Positions 26,877 through 40,047 of a stretch of 64,000 nucleotides of DNA are shown piece after piece. This DNA is from Proteromonas lacertae (lineage: Eukaryota): contig NGBS01000890.1 in assembly GCA_002245135.1 (NCBI GenBank), positions 1-64,000 of the forward strand. The letters run 5' to 3'. A program made the position numbers and the translations under genes. The notes below the pieces were generated by a model. That model was not told the DNA's origin. It ran no database searches and worked only from the letters and a program-made list of their open reading frames with translations. The first letter of the stretch is position 1; the number at the start of each line of letters is the position of its first letter.

Positions 26877-29048
26877 ATGGATGAAAAACCTTACATATAC
26901 ACAATTCAGAGTCCATCTATGCATAAACCCATTTCTATAATAAGAAACCTCTCAGAGAGTGATATATCAAATGAAAGATCAAATTACAAATGTGAAAGTT
27001 TAGCTACATTAGATTTAAGTCAAACATTTATAGATTCAAACTCAAATCAAAATGAAGCACAATATCAATATAGTTCAAGGTCATCTCCATCAAAATCAAA
27101 CAATTTTAAATCACCAATATCAAAACAATTGCAATCAATTTATAAACTATCAGACTATAATCCTGAAAGAATATCTTCTCATCAACCTCCCAGAAAACCT
27201 CCACCAGAACCTCCAATAATCCATATCCAAGAGAATAAAAAGAAAAGTCCATATTTGACAGGTAAAGACTTACAAAAGAGAAATATATTAACAAATACTC
27301 CATATATAAAATCCATTGAAAAGAAACAACAACAAGAAACTAAATCTCCATCAAACATGAAAATAATAACAAAATTTGAAAAGAAAAATTTAAAAAGAAA
27401 AGATATAAACGAAAAGAATAATTCTTCTATTTCTGAATCAGATTCAGATTTAGAATTATATTCGTTTTCTAATAATAATAATAATATTTCAATTCCTACA
27501 CCAAATTGTTCTCCAATAAGAAGAAGAAGAACTAATGAAATAGAATCATCCTCACCTTCCATAATTATTCCTCCAACACCATTTACACTTGAACCTCGTT
27601 ATTTATCTTCAAATCCAAAATTAGTGGTTGTTGGTGGTTTAATATATGAAAAGAGTGAATATTATTCATTTCCAATGACTGAAAATGTGTTAACTAAAGA
27701 AGAAAGAGCCTTGAAATATTGTGTAACTCCAACAAAATGGAATGATTATTTGTTGAAGAAAATATGTGAAAATCCAAAGAATAATAAACCAATCAATACA
27801 ATTAATGATAAAATAGTAGTAATAAATGGAAAAGAATATAAAAAATATGAATATAAAACAATTCCTATCGTTGAAAATCATATGAGAAATGATGAAAAGA
27901 AATTAAAATATAAAATCCCTCCAAATGATTGGAATAAAATGGTAAAAATAAAATTGAATAAATTAAATTTAAGTGATAGTAGAATAGGTGATTTAGTAAG
28001 TGAAAATGATATATTATATGTGGATGAAAGTGAATATAATAATGGTATAATAACTCCAATTAATAATTCTCATTTTAATGAATCATTTAGTAGTTATAAT
28101 GATGATAAAAATAGTGAAGATGAGTATGTTGAAATTAATGGATGTATGTATAATAAAAAAGAATATAAGACGATTGACTATGTTGAAAATAATATGAAAA
28201 AAGAAGAAAAGAGTTTAAAATATAAAATTCCTCCAAGTGATTGGAATCAATTAATTAGATATAAATTGAATAGAGTTGTAGTAAATGGAAAAGAAAAAGA
28301 TTATAATTATAATAAATTGAAAGAATTGATGGAAGAAGAAAATGAAGAAGAAGAAGAAAATGAGAATAATAAGTGCTTTAATACTTCTATTAGTTTAACT
28401 ACGAATAAAACCCAAATATCATCTCCTCAATCTCCTTTAGTTACAATTCATGGAATAAAATATAAGAAATCGTTATATAAAAATAATCCATTATTAGAGA
28501 ATATATTAAATGAAGAGGAGAGGAATATGAAATATAAAATAAGTCCATCTAAATGGAATAAGATGTTGAGCAATTATATTATAAAATTGGAGAATGAAAA
28601 TGAAGATGAAATATCAAATATAAACAATAATAATAATGATAATAATAATAATATACAAATTATATCTACTCCAATTCAGACATCTAAATCAAATAATAAA
28701 AAACAAGAAATTGAACCTATACCACCATGGGAATGTGTGATGGTGAAAGGTAGAAGATATGCAAAGAAAGATTATGTAGATGATGAAAATATTGAAAGAT
28801 TACTTTCGCCTAAAGATAGAGAAAAGAAATACTCTGTAACTCCAAAAGAATGGAGAATATTTTTAACAATAAAACGAAGTGAAATAATAAAATCAATAAA
28901 AAGAGAAAATAATAATAATAATGGTTGTGTTATATCATCTCCTTTAAAGAATGAAATAAAAATAATAAATAATGAAGAAGATGATATTAATTATTTGAGT
29001 GATGGATCATTCTTTTTTCTATTTTCTTTAATATTAATTTACTTCTAA
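26877..29048 (+). CDS. Hypothetical protein with five copies of a ~48-aa repeat
   Basis: Intronless 723-aa ORF; Ser/Pro-rich N-terminus and repeated V.inG..Y.K..Y......EN.....E...KY...P..WN units. Confidence 0.85.
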   Translation: MDEKPYIYTIQSPSMHKPISIIRNLSESDISNERSNYKCESLATLDLSQTFIDSNSNQNEAQYQYSSRSSPSKSNNFKSPISKQLQSIYKLSDYNPERISSHQPPRKPPPEPPIIHIQENKKKSPYLTGKDLQKRNILTNTPYIKSIEKKQQQETKSPSNMKIITKFEKKNLKRKDINEKNNSSISESDSDLELYSFSNNNNNISIPTPNCSPIRRRRTNEIESSSPSIIIPPTPFTLEPRYLSSNPKLVVVGGLIYEKSEYYSFPMTENVLTKEERALKYCVTPTKWNDYLLKKICENPKNNKPINTINDKIVVINGKEYKKYEYKTIPIVENHMRNDEKKLKYKIPPNDWNKMVKIKLNKLNLSDSRIGDLVSENDILYVDESEYNNGIITPINNSHFNESFSSYNDDKNSEDEYVEINGCMYNKKEYKTIDYVENNMKKEEKSLKYKIPPSDWNQLIRYKLNRVVVNGKEKDYNYNKLKELMEEENEEEEENENNKCFNTSISLTTNKTQISSPQSPLVTIHGIKYKKSLYKNNPLLENILNEEERNMKYKISPSKWNKMLSNYIIKLENENEDEISNINNNNNDNNNNIQIISTPIQTSKSNNKKQEIEPIPPWECVMVKGRRYAKKDYVDDENIERLLSPKDREKKYSVTPKEWRIFLTIKRSEIIKSIKRENNNNNGCVISSPLKNEIKIINNEEDDINYLSDGSFFFLFSLILIYF

Positions 29049-30856
29049 GTTTTTTTTGTTTGGATGATTATCTTTTATTTTTGTTTTAAATTCTTCATAA
29101 TTAGAAATTTTATTACGAAAAATATTTAATTTTTGTAACTCTTTGCATTTATGAAGATTATTAAGAAGTTTTTCTGCTCCATCATCACCAATTTCATTTC
29201 CATCTAGAGTAAAAATCCTCAAATTGGGAAGTTTATATATATATTCACACAAATATTTCACTCCCTCATCACCAATCTTATTGCCTATTTATTATGATAG
29301 TTTATAATATCAATACTAGAAATACATAAACATTCTATGTTAGGAATGGTGTATATATATAACATCAATAATTTCATATCATTGCTTCTTAATCTACAAC
29401 CTATGCTATGTAAAAAGAACAAATAATACGAATGCATTTTAGACTTTTCAGATTTGGAATGTAATAAAGATTCTTTAATAATATATTGATGTCATAGCTA
29501 CCAATTGAATTTTCATTTAAACACAACTCTTCCAAATTTGGAAAGTATTTTAGACATTCTGAGAATGTATTAAAGCCATTTTTGCCAAATCCATTACCTA
29601 CAACAAGCATTATAACATTTTATATACAAGTCATGTTAATACTTGTAACATTCCTCATTATATAAAGTCTAGAATATAAATATGTCATTCCTTCATCATT
29701 TACTTTAACTAATTACTATAAATACTAAACACTTATACCAAAATAAAAATTCAAATCATTACCTTCATTGTTTTTGCATTTATTAATCTCATCGTTGATT
29801 TTCTTTTCTATGTTACAATAATTTTATATAATGAATACTTATCTCTTCAGCCATTTCTTTTTCTTTTACTTCATTTCCAACTGAAAATACTCTTGGTCGT
29901 ATGTCAATTGGATTAATTGGAATTTGAAACTGACTTTCTACATTAAATGGATTTACTGGAACTTTTGGTTTTGCATAAAGTTCATCTACTTTCACTTTTA
30001 GATGAAGTTCATTTAATTCTATTTATAATAGTATTAAGATGATTTATATATATATACTTTTCAACTCAGTAATTGTTTCATCCAGCTTTAATCTGTATTT
30101 CTTTTCTTTACATAACACACTATTTACATATGTGTTTAGTTCATCGGCATATTCACATTCCAATGGTTTATAGTCTATATTTTCTATGTTCTTCATTGTT
30201 TCTAACACATTTGAACCTACAAATGGATATTTACCACTCATTATATAGTAAAACACTAAACCAAAATTCCAAGTATCACTTGAAATATCTAATTCTTTTC
30301 CCATTAATTCATCTATACAAACAAAACATAAATCTTTTTCTTTTCTATTTCTTTCCCCTTCTTTTCCTTTATACAGCAGATTATTACAATAATCATTTAT
30401 TACAACTTTACCATTTTCATATAAGAAAATATTGGAAGGTTTTAAATCACCATGAATTGTTTTACTATTATGTAAGGATTTCAAACCTAATAAAATTTCA
30501 TACAATACTTCATGTGGTCCATTAATTTCAAAATATTTTACTGGATTTATTCTTTCTAAACAAATACTCATCTCTGGTTGAACTATTATCAATTTATCGT
30601 CCATTAATTCAATAGTTTCATATTTCATTATTTTTTCATTATTTAATCTGTTTATCATTTTCATTTTAGTTACAACACTATTTACTGTTGATTGAACTAA
30701 ATTTTCTAATCTAATCATTTTTATTATATGAAACTCTTCATTATTCTTTTTCTTTACACGAAATGTTGTATTATATAGTACACTATCACTACACATCTAA
30801 ATATGTACACATGTTATTAGTTATACCTCATACTTATCTCCAAGAATTCTATTCAT
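29034..30856 (-). CDS. Atypical protein kinase + leucine-rich repeat (RNI-like) fusion, copy 1
   Basis: HGDLKPSN, DYC at the DFG position, SSDTWNFG; downstream LRRs (LEELCLNENSIG, FTLDGNEIGDDGA); start MNRILGDKYE. Confidence 0.85.
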
Positions 30857-30874
30857 GCCATTATTCAAAATATC

Positions 30875-30898
30875 TCAAGCTTTTTTACACTAGCTTGA
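30875..30898. promoter_or_regulatory. Representative copy of the upstream inverted-repeat element TCAAGCT-N10-AGCTTGA
   Basis: Perfect 7-bp inverted repeat about 18 nt upstream of the kinase-LRR ATG; similar pairs precede several other genes. Confidence 0.6.
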
Positions 30899-31032
30899 TA
30901 TTCTATTTTGAATAAATACCACTATTTTCGATATATGATATATCTATTATAATTCTACTTCACATTATAAGAATATTTAAAATTTTATAAGTAAAAACAG
31001 TGAATAAAATAATAATATTTATCTAAGTCAGA

Positions 31033-34000
31033 TTATATTCTAACACCTGAATCTTTCAAAGCATCAACTATTTGTTCAGCTGTTTTTCTAACATGTTTCT
31101 TACCTCCACCTATTCGAACATAAATACAATAACCTCCTAAGAATAAAACTCCTCCGACAATTATACAACCAATTATTATTCCAATTAATGCACCAACCAT
31201 ACTTCCTGAACATTCATCGATTGGAGATTGCCAAACTGCATTTCCATCTACATAAATACATCTTCTCATTATATAACCAGATCGACCTCCTTCACATTTC
31301 ATTATAGCATTATTACCTACTAAAGTTTCTGGAAAACCACCATTTGCTGCACATTTCTTTGCTATAAATTCTAATGTGATTGTTACACTCGTTGATTTAC
31401 CATTCATATCTGTTACTGTTATTAAATAATCTTGTTGAGCAACATCAACTACAGAAACTCCTTGTAAATAACCAGAGGAATATATCATAAAACCATCTGG
31501 TAATGGTGGATTTACTGAAACTGATAAACCATCTCCAATTACATCAAATAATTGAATTGACACTAATGTTCCTGTTGCTACTGTTACATTTTTCTTTATT
31601 GTTGAATCAGGGATTACTGGTTTATCACTCTTTACTATTTCAATTGATATTTTCAATTGAATTGACACTTTTCCATTGGATACACTGATTGTATAAGTTG
31701 TATTTCGATTAACTGTTTTGGCATAGCCATTAAATCTTCCATTCTTCGAATCCATTGTTATTCCAATAGGTAATGATGGAGTGATTGAATAAACTAAATT
31801 ATTTCCACTTACTACAAAGAATTGAGCATTGAATAATTCTTCACCTGCTATTAATGTAACAGATTCATTTTGACTTATTATTACTGGATTATCTGATTCA
31901 ATTATTGAAACTGGAATATCTTTGGATATTGTTTCATTACCACCAGAACATGAGAATGTATAATTAACAGCTGATTGAATTGGAGCTGTTACTTTTCCAC
32001 TCATTACACCTGTTACTGCATCATATGTTAAAGTGGATGGTAAATCTTTATCAATACTGTAACTTAATTCCTTAGCATAACATACTATTGGATATTGATT
32101 TTGATAATCATACATATATACTAATTCTAATTTATCTACAGATTCAACCATTACTGGATTTTCAGGAGCAGAAATATCAAATAAAACATTTCTATTAAGT
32201 TCTTCACCAGCAGTATTTTTTATTGTGAATAAACTTAAATGAGTAATTGGTTTAGTTATTTTACCTGTAACATTACTAGTTGTTGAGTTTAATGTTAAAC
32301 CTTTTGGAAGTTCATCTACACTATATGTAACAGGAAACTCACTTTTTACCCAAAATAATTGTTCTATTATTTCTTGATTTACTTCTGCATGAACTTCTGG
32401 TCTATACTTATAAATATACATATTTCTATTTTCCATAATAATTACTGTCATCTTAATATTATTCGCACCATATTTATTAACAGCATAAAAAAGAATTTCG
32501 TAAATTCCTCCTTCATAAGGAATTCCAGATATTAAACCAGTTTTTTTATCATATATTAATCCTGGAATAAATTCAAGTGATGGACAACTTTCGCATACAA
32601 AACTATAAGATGTTGGATTTCCTATAACTTCATATATTGATTCATTTATATAAGTAATTCCTTCATATAATCTAACTCTTGTGTCTGTATTGATGAATCT
32701 AGGTCCTTCTCCACAAGTTGTATTTACTTCAATCCAAACACCAAAGTTTGAACAATAGAAATATCTTTCACCTACAAAACTATCTTCAAGACAATTAGCT
32801 TTAAAAAAAGTATTGGATATTCCTTCAGGTAATTGTTCATCATCATTTTCTTGACATTTCTTTGTTCGACATAAATGATATCCAATTTCTTTTATTTCCA
32901 TTTGCTTATCTGTTGGGTTCATTTGATTTGATTCTGGAATATCAATTCTTACACTTTCATATAACGTATATGGATCTACATTGAAGGTTGCTCTTCCAGG
33001 GGAATTTTTCTTCAAAATCATGTAATTAACTGGATCTAATGAACCTATTTCCACATTTTCTGAACCTGTCATACCACTTAATCTTATTTTCTTTGGATAA
33101 TGTGAATCGGAAGAAGTTGCAGCATACATTGTAAACTGATTAAAGGCATAATGATTATTTTCACCAAATGAATAATCTGTATATGATTGACCATCTACAT
33201 CTCCATAATAATCAATCCAGGAAGTTCCAGTTGATAAATCAAAGGCTTTATCAGATGAAGCTATATCATATTTACCATAACTTTTACTTGATGAATCTGT
33301 CACTCTTCCTCCATGAAGTGATAATACAATACAATCTTCATCATTATCTCCAACTAATGGGAATATGAAGAATTTATCTTCATTTGGGAAATTATCATCA
33401 TTTGGACTTTTATGAATTTCATAAGTTATTATTGCTGTTTCATTTAAATCATCGATTGGCAATATGAAATTTTCTTCTCTCGATTTATCATAAGCTGAAT
33501 CTCCTGGAGTATTTTCATCTATATCTCCACTTGGCAATTTGTCTTTGAATATTACTCTTCCATTTACTCGAACTATTACACCTGATTTATGTTTAATTCG
33601 AAGGAAATAGCCTGAATATTTTTCATAATTTGGGAATAACATGTCATATCTCAAATAGTATGTTGGTTTAGATTGTTCTGGTTTTGGTAATTCTTTTATT
33701 GTACTTTTTACCCAAGAAACTGATGTATTATCAAATTGCCAATCTGGAATATATTCTTGACTATATTGCCATTCAGTATGTGTATCAACAAGATAGTTAA
33801 CTATTTAATATATAAGTATATAATCCTACATACAGTCAAACGTTTTATTTACTTCGCCATTATCAGAATAAAACACTGTGTATCTTCCAATAATTGAATT
33901 ACCAGCTGATAATGTCATATTAGAATTACCCCAACCATAACCAGTAAAATCAATTAATCTCAATGTATAAACTCCTTCTGTTACACATATCTTTATCTTA

Positions 34001-37000
34001 TAAATCGAATTAGCAAAATATGATCCTGTAAGTCCTTCATACATAACTTCATCTTTAGAGTTTATTAATTGATATCCTGGTCTTTCATAGAATTCTCCTA
34101 CAGCTAAGGTTAATCCAATTAAGAATTTTCCAGCATTATCACAATCATCTTCTTGAGTATCAGGAATAACTTGTATTATCATATCAAATGAAACTTGACC
34201 TTTATCATTATAAGCTGTGATTTTAAAATTTGTTATATTTGTTACTTCTTCAGCTCTTCCATATAATCTGCCAGTCATATTGTTAAATATAATACCTTTT
34301 GGTAATGTAGAAGGAGTTATCGAATAATGATCTATGAATGTTTCAGCTATTGGAAGTAATAATACTTCATCATTTTGATAATATGTTGCATTGTTTGTAA
34401 TATACTTAAACTTCGGTAAAACAGGATCTATTACAAATAATAATATATAAAAAATTTACATATATACCTGTGTTAAGAGTAATTGTTTTTGATGATGAAT
34501 ATGGAAAATCTGCATAATATCTATATACTCTTACACCATCATTATAAACTGTAAAGTAATAGTCAAATAATCCACTTACATAGATTTTATAAGTATCAAC
34601 AGGAAGACATTTACTGTAACTACGAGGTAAACTAACTGTTTCATTCTCAAATGCATCAATTACCTTTGTACTATTGGATGAGCTAACAGTAAGTGCCAAG
34701 TATAATCCATTATCAACAAAATCATTACTAAAATGAAATACATGTCTTTTGCCACTTTCACACGAATTATCTGCTTTTATAATTAATGAAAATTCTTTAT
34801 TATCACCATCAGATGGAAGAACATAAGCATTTACTATTATTCTTGTATTTAACACTTCTCTTGCACTTCCTGAAAGTGTTGAACTTTCCCAATTAAATGT
34901 AAATCCAACTGGAATATTCTCTATTCCAAATGAAATTACATATCCAGTTTCAATATGGAATTGAAGGTCATAGAATTCACCTACAACTAAAGTAATCTCA
35001 TCACTATATTTCTTTCCACTTTGAAGATCCAATATATAAAAACCAGATGGAGATTCAACAGCTATTCAAATAATAATTATAGTTGTAATATATATTATTA
35101 TACGTTTTATAGAAATATAAATTGTTGTTGAAACAGATTTATCTTTTGAACTTGTTACTGTTATTGTATGTTCTTTCAATTCAATAAGTCTTTCAATGGT
35201 TGGAGTTCCTGCTATTATTACGGGATTGAATGGATTATTTGAACAATGAGCTTCTAAACCATCGGGTAATGGAGGATTAACTTTTACATCTTTACAATCA
35301 AAATCTTCAACTGGAATTCCATTATTTTCTACTACTTGACCTTTTAGATAAGTAGCTGTACTTTGACTCATCATAAAATAATCATTTACTGGAATATATC
35401 TAAATGGAAGGAAATCACTATAAGCATCTTCAGTTTGATTTGATTTCTTCCACGAGAGTTTGAAACAAGCATGACCTTGATGTGAAACATAATATATTTG
35501 AACAAAGAATGAATCATCAGTTAAATTATAATCAAAATAACTTGGATTATCTACCTTATTTCTTCCTGGTTTTGATAATATTTCTTTATTATCAATATAA
35601 ATCCAATAACCACCTTCGGCATTTATTTTGAAAGTATTAATACCAATATCTTCTTTTTGTGCATGAAGATAACCTTCCCAATAAACACCATAATCATCAA
35701 GAAATTCGATACTCAATCCTTCGGGATGAGGTTTCTCTTGTGTTTCTTCTATAAATGGCTGATCTTGCTTTTGAATGTAAGATGCTTCTAAACCATCTAC
35801 ACTTGGTCCATATTTGGTAAATAAACTTGTATCAAAATCATGAGGTTTATAATAATAAGATCGAACTCCTTCTATAGTTTTCTTTGTTACACGAAGTTTT
35901 ATTGTTATTTCATTTGTTTCACTATCTCCATTTTTACATTTCACTTTATATTCTGTTTGTTCCATTTCAGATTGTGGATGGCCTTTTATACCATCAACTG
36001 TTACTTCTGATCCTTCGGGTAATTCTGCATTATTACTAATCCAACAACTTTCAGCTTTACCTCTTCCAACATGAAGTGCAGTTAAACTGAAAGCATCATA
36101 TAACCAACTTACTTCTAAAGAATCGGTAGATAAAAACATTACTGGATCAAAAGAAGATTTGGAATATTTAAATGGAATTGTTTTTCTTGTTGAACTATCT
36201 GGTGTTGAATAGTCAAATACAAATCTAAAATCTAATCCTTCACCTCCCATGAATTCGATTAATACTCTTCGCAAACCACTCTCTAATTGAACTTTTGTTG
36301 ATTGTAATGATTCATTAAATGGTTTACATTCGCTCCAATCTGATAATATTTCTACATCATCAATAAATACTCGACCATTCATTTCATTACCAGTTTGCAT
36401 GTAAAATGTATATTCACCAGTTGTTTCAATATCAATAAATCCATCCATTGTACCATTAAATGTTGTTACTATTCCCCAAACGAAAATACCCATCTTACTT
36501 TTCCATTCTTCAAAATTTGTTAAACCATACAAATCATTCATTGCACCTTCATAGAAATCATAAACAGATATACCATCATAATAATCACCACATCTTGTTG
36601 TTTCCAAATCATTGAATCTAACATAAATACCTTCATTTAATTCAGGATTTTCAACTTTAACAATTTCTATTTCAAATATACCACTACCTATTTCATTTGT
36701 ACCATTTATTGTTATTATCATGTTGGTTTGAGGATTGAAATTATCAAATCTCAAATAAGGACCATCTTGACTAATACCTTTCACATCTTTGGGGAAAATT
36801 GACCAACCATCTTCAGGAATTTCACTTGTGGATGTACAAACTATAACTGTATTAATAAGAGAAACAGTTGTAAGTTTTGAAATACCACAATTTATAACAG
36901 GAGCAGACATGCCTAGGAAAATTAAGGATTTAAACATACAAACAATTTTTAATCTGCAAACAGCAGCATCTTCTTTTCCTGCATTATATGTTATGGTGTA

Positions 37001-37269
37001 ATAGCCATTTGATTCAGCAATTGGAACTCCAGAAATATATCCAGTGTTTGGGTCAAGTAATAAACCTTTTGGTAATTTCTTATCAACAACATATGAACCA
37101 TCTTTTACATCAATTGGTTTATTTACTGGAGCTTCTTCTCCAACTCTCAAATATGGACTACTACCTTCATACTTGAAACTACCAACACACAATGAAGGCA
37201 TAACATATAGTACTATTCATTTATAACAATATTAGTTATACAGATAACACACAACACTGTAAATTTCAT
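31033..37269 (-). CDS. Large type-I surface protein with PA14 domains, putative Ig (He_PIG) repeats, discoidin-like and Cys-rich membrane-proximal modules
   Basis: Signal peptide MKFTVLCVILLYVMPSLC; LP.GL.LD..TG.ISG.P repeats; two PA14-like segments (GFIDIETTGEYTF, WEGYL); KAFD..TGTSW; TM GALIGIIIGCIIVGGVLFLGGYCIY; ORFs joined by short introns. Confidence 0.85.
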
Positions 37270-37539
37270 CTTTAATATTTAACCAATAATATTAATCATG
37301 AAACACAGATGCAATATCTGATTCAATCGCATACTCTATCAAGCTGACCTACAAATCTTTTCTTTTAATTCAGATTTAAATCAATTTAGTCTTTACTAAC
37401 ATATTTGGATATATAGAAGATAAGATTAAAAAAGAATGAAAAAGTATCTTATATCAATATTTCTAATATATCATAGGTCAATTGTTTGAAATTAAATATC
37501 TGAACAGTATTCATTAACTAAATCTTCATATCCAAGTTT

Positions 37540-38460
37540 AATTAACAGCCTTTCAAATTCTTGTTTCTTTTCTCTTTCTTCTTCAATCATGTTATATTCA
37601 AAAACAATAGCAAACAACTAATAGTCTATAATAAATAATAATCATATGTGTATAACTAAATATATAAAAAACTACACGATGTTTATAATATTTCCAACGA
37701 AGAATTCATCAATACTTTTACAATCATTTTCTTTTAAGAAATCACACTATACTGTACATAGAATATTATATACTCTACTAGATGAAACATGATTTCTGCA
37801 ACAATTATCATATGTTTCTGAATAATTTGTATGTAAAGATATATCTTCTGCTATTTTACCTTCACTTTCTACATTTTTCTAGTAAAACGATATATCCAAT
37901 CTATATAATAATAAATATACATAAAAATATAATATACTAAAGCAAATACACTACCGAAATACCAAATAATTATCATTGAAAATGTAATAAATATAACATA
38001 GTCAAAATGAATCACATTTATTAGAATAAGTGTTATTCCCACAACATATAGTCATTATTAATAATTTTAAAGATATGAAGAAGCATATTGCAGTAATTAC
38101 AAATAGAAATATTGTTGGTAATAAGGCAAAGATGTAATTCCTATATGTTAATACTTGTAAAGAAAATGACTCTCTACAATAAACACATATAATTGTTAAT
38201 AATATCACATAAACTATTTGTATTAGAGGATAAACTCCTAACTCTATTTGGAATTATACTAAAACCAATTCAATAAATACCATTATTTCATAACAATGCC
38301 CATTGACGAGGATTTACCAAATGTTATTATCGAAAACATCAGTAAAAGCAAACATAATACCTATTCTTTATTATATCCTTGACTATACCACATTAATAGC
38401 AATAATAGTATACTGACCAATATTTCTAGGATAATGACTGTAACTCACACTTATTTCACT
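37540..38460 (-). pseudogene. Degraded multi-pass membrane protein gene (tetraspanin-like layout)
   Basis: Hydrophobic segments, short GT-AG introns and a CC motif, but no clear ATG, an in-frame TGA at 38002 and frameshifts. Confidence 0.4.
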
Positions 38461-38648
38461 TATATTGTTTTTTTAAATTTAGTTGTTTTTGAATAAATAG
38501 GTTATTAAGTCTTTTATAGCCTCATCAAAATGTAACGAATATAAATTCAATTAAATTTTAAATTCCAAAATTTCAACAACAAACATGTTTATATATAAAA
38601 TAACATTATTATTATTATTATTATTAACTAAACAAAATAGATTAAATA

Positions 38649-39854
38649 TTACGATCTCAAATACTGCAGTTGTTCCATATTTGGAACAAAAAAATAAGAG
38701 CCAGTCATTGCTTCAGTATAACTCAAAAATGAATCTTTTACATCATCTTCATAACCATGAACTCGTTTCATTAAAGTCTCAAAACCACTAATTCCAGTAC
38801 TATAACCAGTAAACCATAAACCTCGGAAATCATCACCTTCTTTTCCATAAGGTAAACTCTGTTCGACATATTTTATATTTTCACTATCTTTATACCAACG
38901 ACTGTAATGACTATTATTGATTATTGGTTGAATTGGAGTTGTAGTATTCTTCTTTAAACCCATTATTTCTTCTTGTTTCTTTATATCTAAATTATTCCAT
39001 TTTTCTAAATCATGTAAAAATCTTTGAACTACTGCATAAGAAGTTCCATCACTGTTTATACTTAATTCTTTTCGTTTGGACATTTCTACAGGAGTATTTA
39101 TATGTGTATTAAAACCAGTTAAATCTTTACCATTACCAATTAAATATCCAAATTGTTCATCAGTACATCTAAATATTTGTATTGCAAATTTGTTTAAAAT
39201 TTCTTGAGTTGCTAGTTGTACACTTACCTCTGTATTTCCATGTAGATGAATATAAATATCATATTGAAACTTTTTGGGTAAACCATATCCATGAAATACT
39301 AATAATTCAGCTCCTGTACCTTGTAAATTTTCATTATGACGTTTTAAATATCTCCAACATCTTTTACCAAATGAAATTGTTCCAAAGACTTTGAAAGGAA
39401 GCAAAATAGAGTGAAAATTGTGTATGAAATCTACTAATTGTGGTTTTGTAATTTCAGTTAGTTCGAAATAATTCATTTTAAATATACCAAAATAAGAGTA
39501 TTTTGAAAATGCAGGTAATATTCCTGGTTGAGGTCCAGAAGTAGGAACTTTATCAGGATATTGCATGGTAGGATAATCTATTGGTGGATCTAACTGTTCT
39601 CTACCATGAACTACTCTTGGCTTTATTTTTAAACCACCATTAGCGTTTAAGGGAATTCCGTTCTGTACACCTTTGCCATTATCTAGATTACCTCTAAGAT
39701 TCTTTTCTGCTAAATCTTCTAGCGCATCTGGATCTTGATTACCAAAACTATCTGAATTAGCAACTTTCGATGTGAGTAAATTTCCATTTATGATAGCTAT
39801 CACTGCCAGCATCATAAAAGCAGCTAGAAAACAACACATTCTACAAGTTCTCAT
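38649..39854 (-). CDS. DyP-type (YfeX/class B-like) peroxidase homolog with N-terminal membrane anchor
   Basis: QYDIYIHLHG, GKDLTGF, SYAVVQRFLHDLEKW, QEEIMG, NSHYSR, SLPYG, TGSYFFVP; intronless. Confidence 0.88.
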   Translation of the reverse strand: MRTCRMCCFLAAFMMLAVIAIINGNLLTSKVANSDSFGNQDPDALEDLAEKNLRGNLDNGKGVQNGIPLNANGGLKIKPRVVHGREQLDPPIDYPTMQYPDKVPTSGPQPGILPAFSKYSYFGIFKMNYFELTEITKPQLVDFIHNFHSILLPFKVFGTISFGKRCWRYLKRHNENLQGTGAELLVFHGYGLPKKFQYDIYIHLHGNTEVSVQLATQEILNKFAIQIFRCTDEQFGYLIGNGKDLTGFNTHINTPVEMSKRKELSINSDGTSYAVVQRFLHDLEKWNNLDIKKQEEIMGLKKNTTTPIQPIINNSHYSRWYKDSENIKYVEQSLPYGKEGDDFRGLWFTGYSTGISGFETLMKRVHGYEDDVKDSFLSYTEAMTGSYFFVPNMEQLQYLRS

Positions 39855-40047
39855 GGTTTATTTTCGAAATTACTGAAATAAAATATGTTTGGCTTGATAC
39901 TTTTTTTTTATTTTTGTGAATTATTACTGTCTCTATGGAATATTTTAATATTGAAAATATTTTATACTTGTATTCCAAACCCAAATAAACAATTATAACA
40001 AAACAATAAGAGATGATGTCATAATAACAATGATTTTAGGTTGGAAT

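Noticed and set aside
29000..29042. TTTTCTTTAAT...TTTAC resembling a U12 branch site and acceptor
   Set aside because: No ATATC(C/T)T donor upstream
4040..38460. Stop-codon reassignment suggested by in-frame TGA/TAA at 4190, ~4855 and 38002
   Set aside because: Conserved genes show no internal stops and terminate with TAA, TAG and TGA; the affected loci look degraded in other ways
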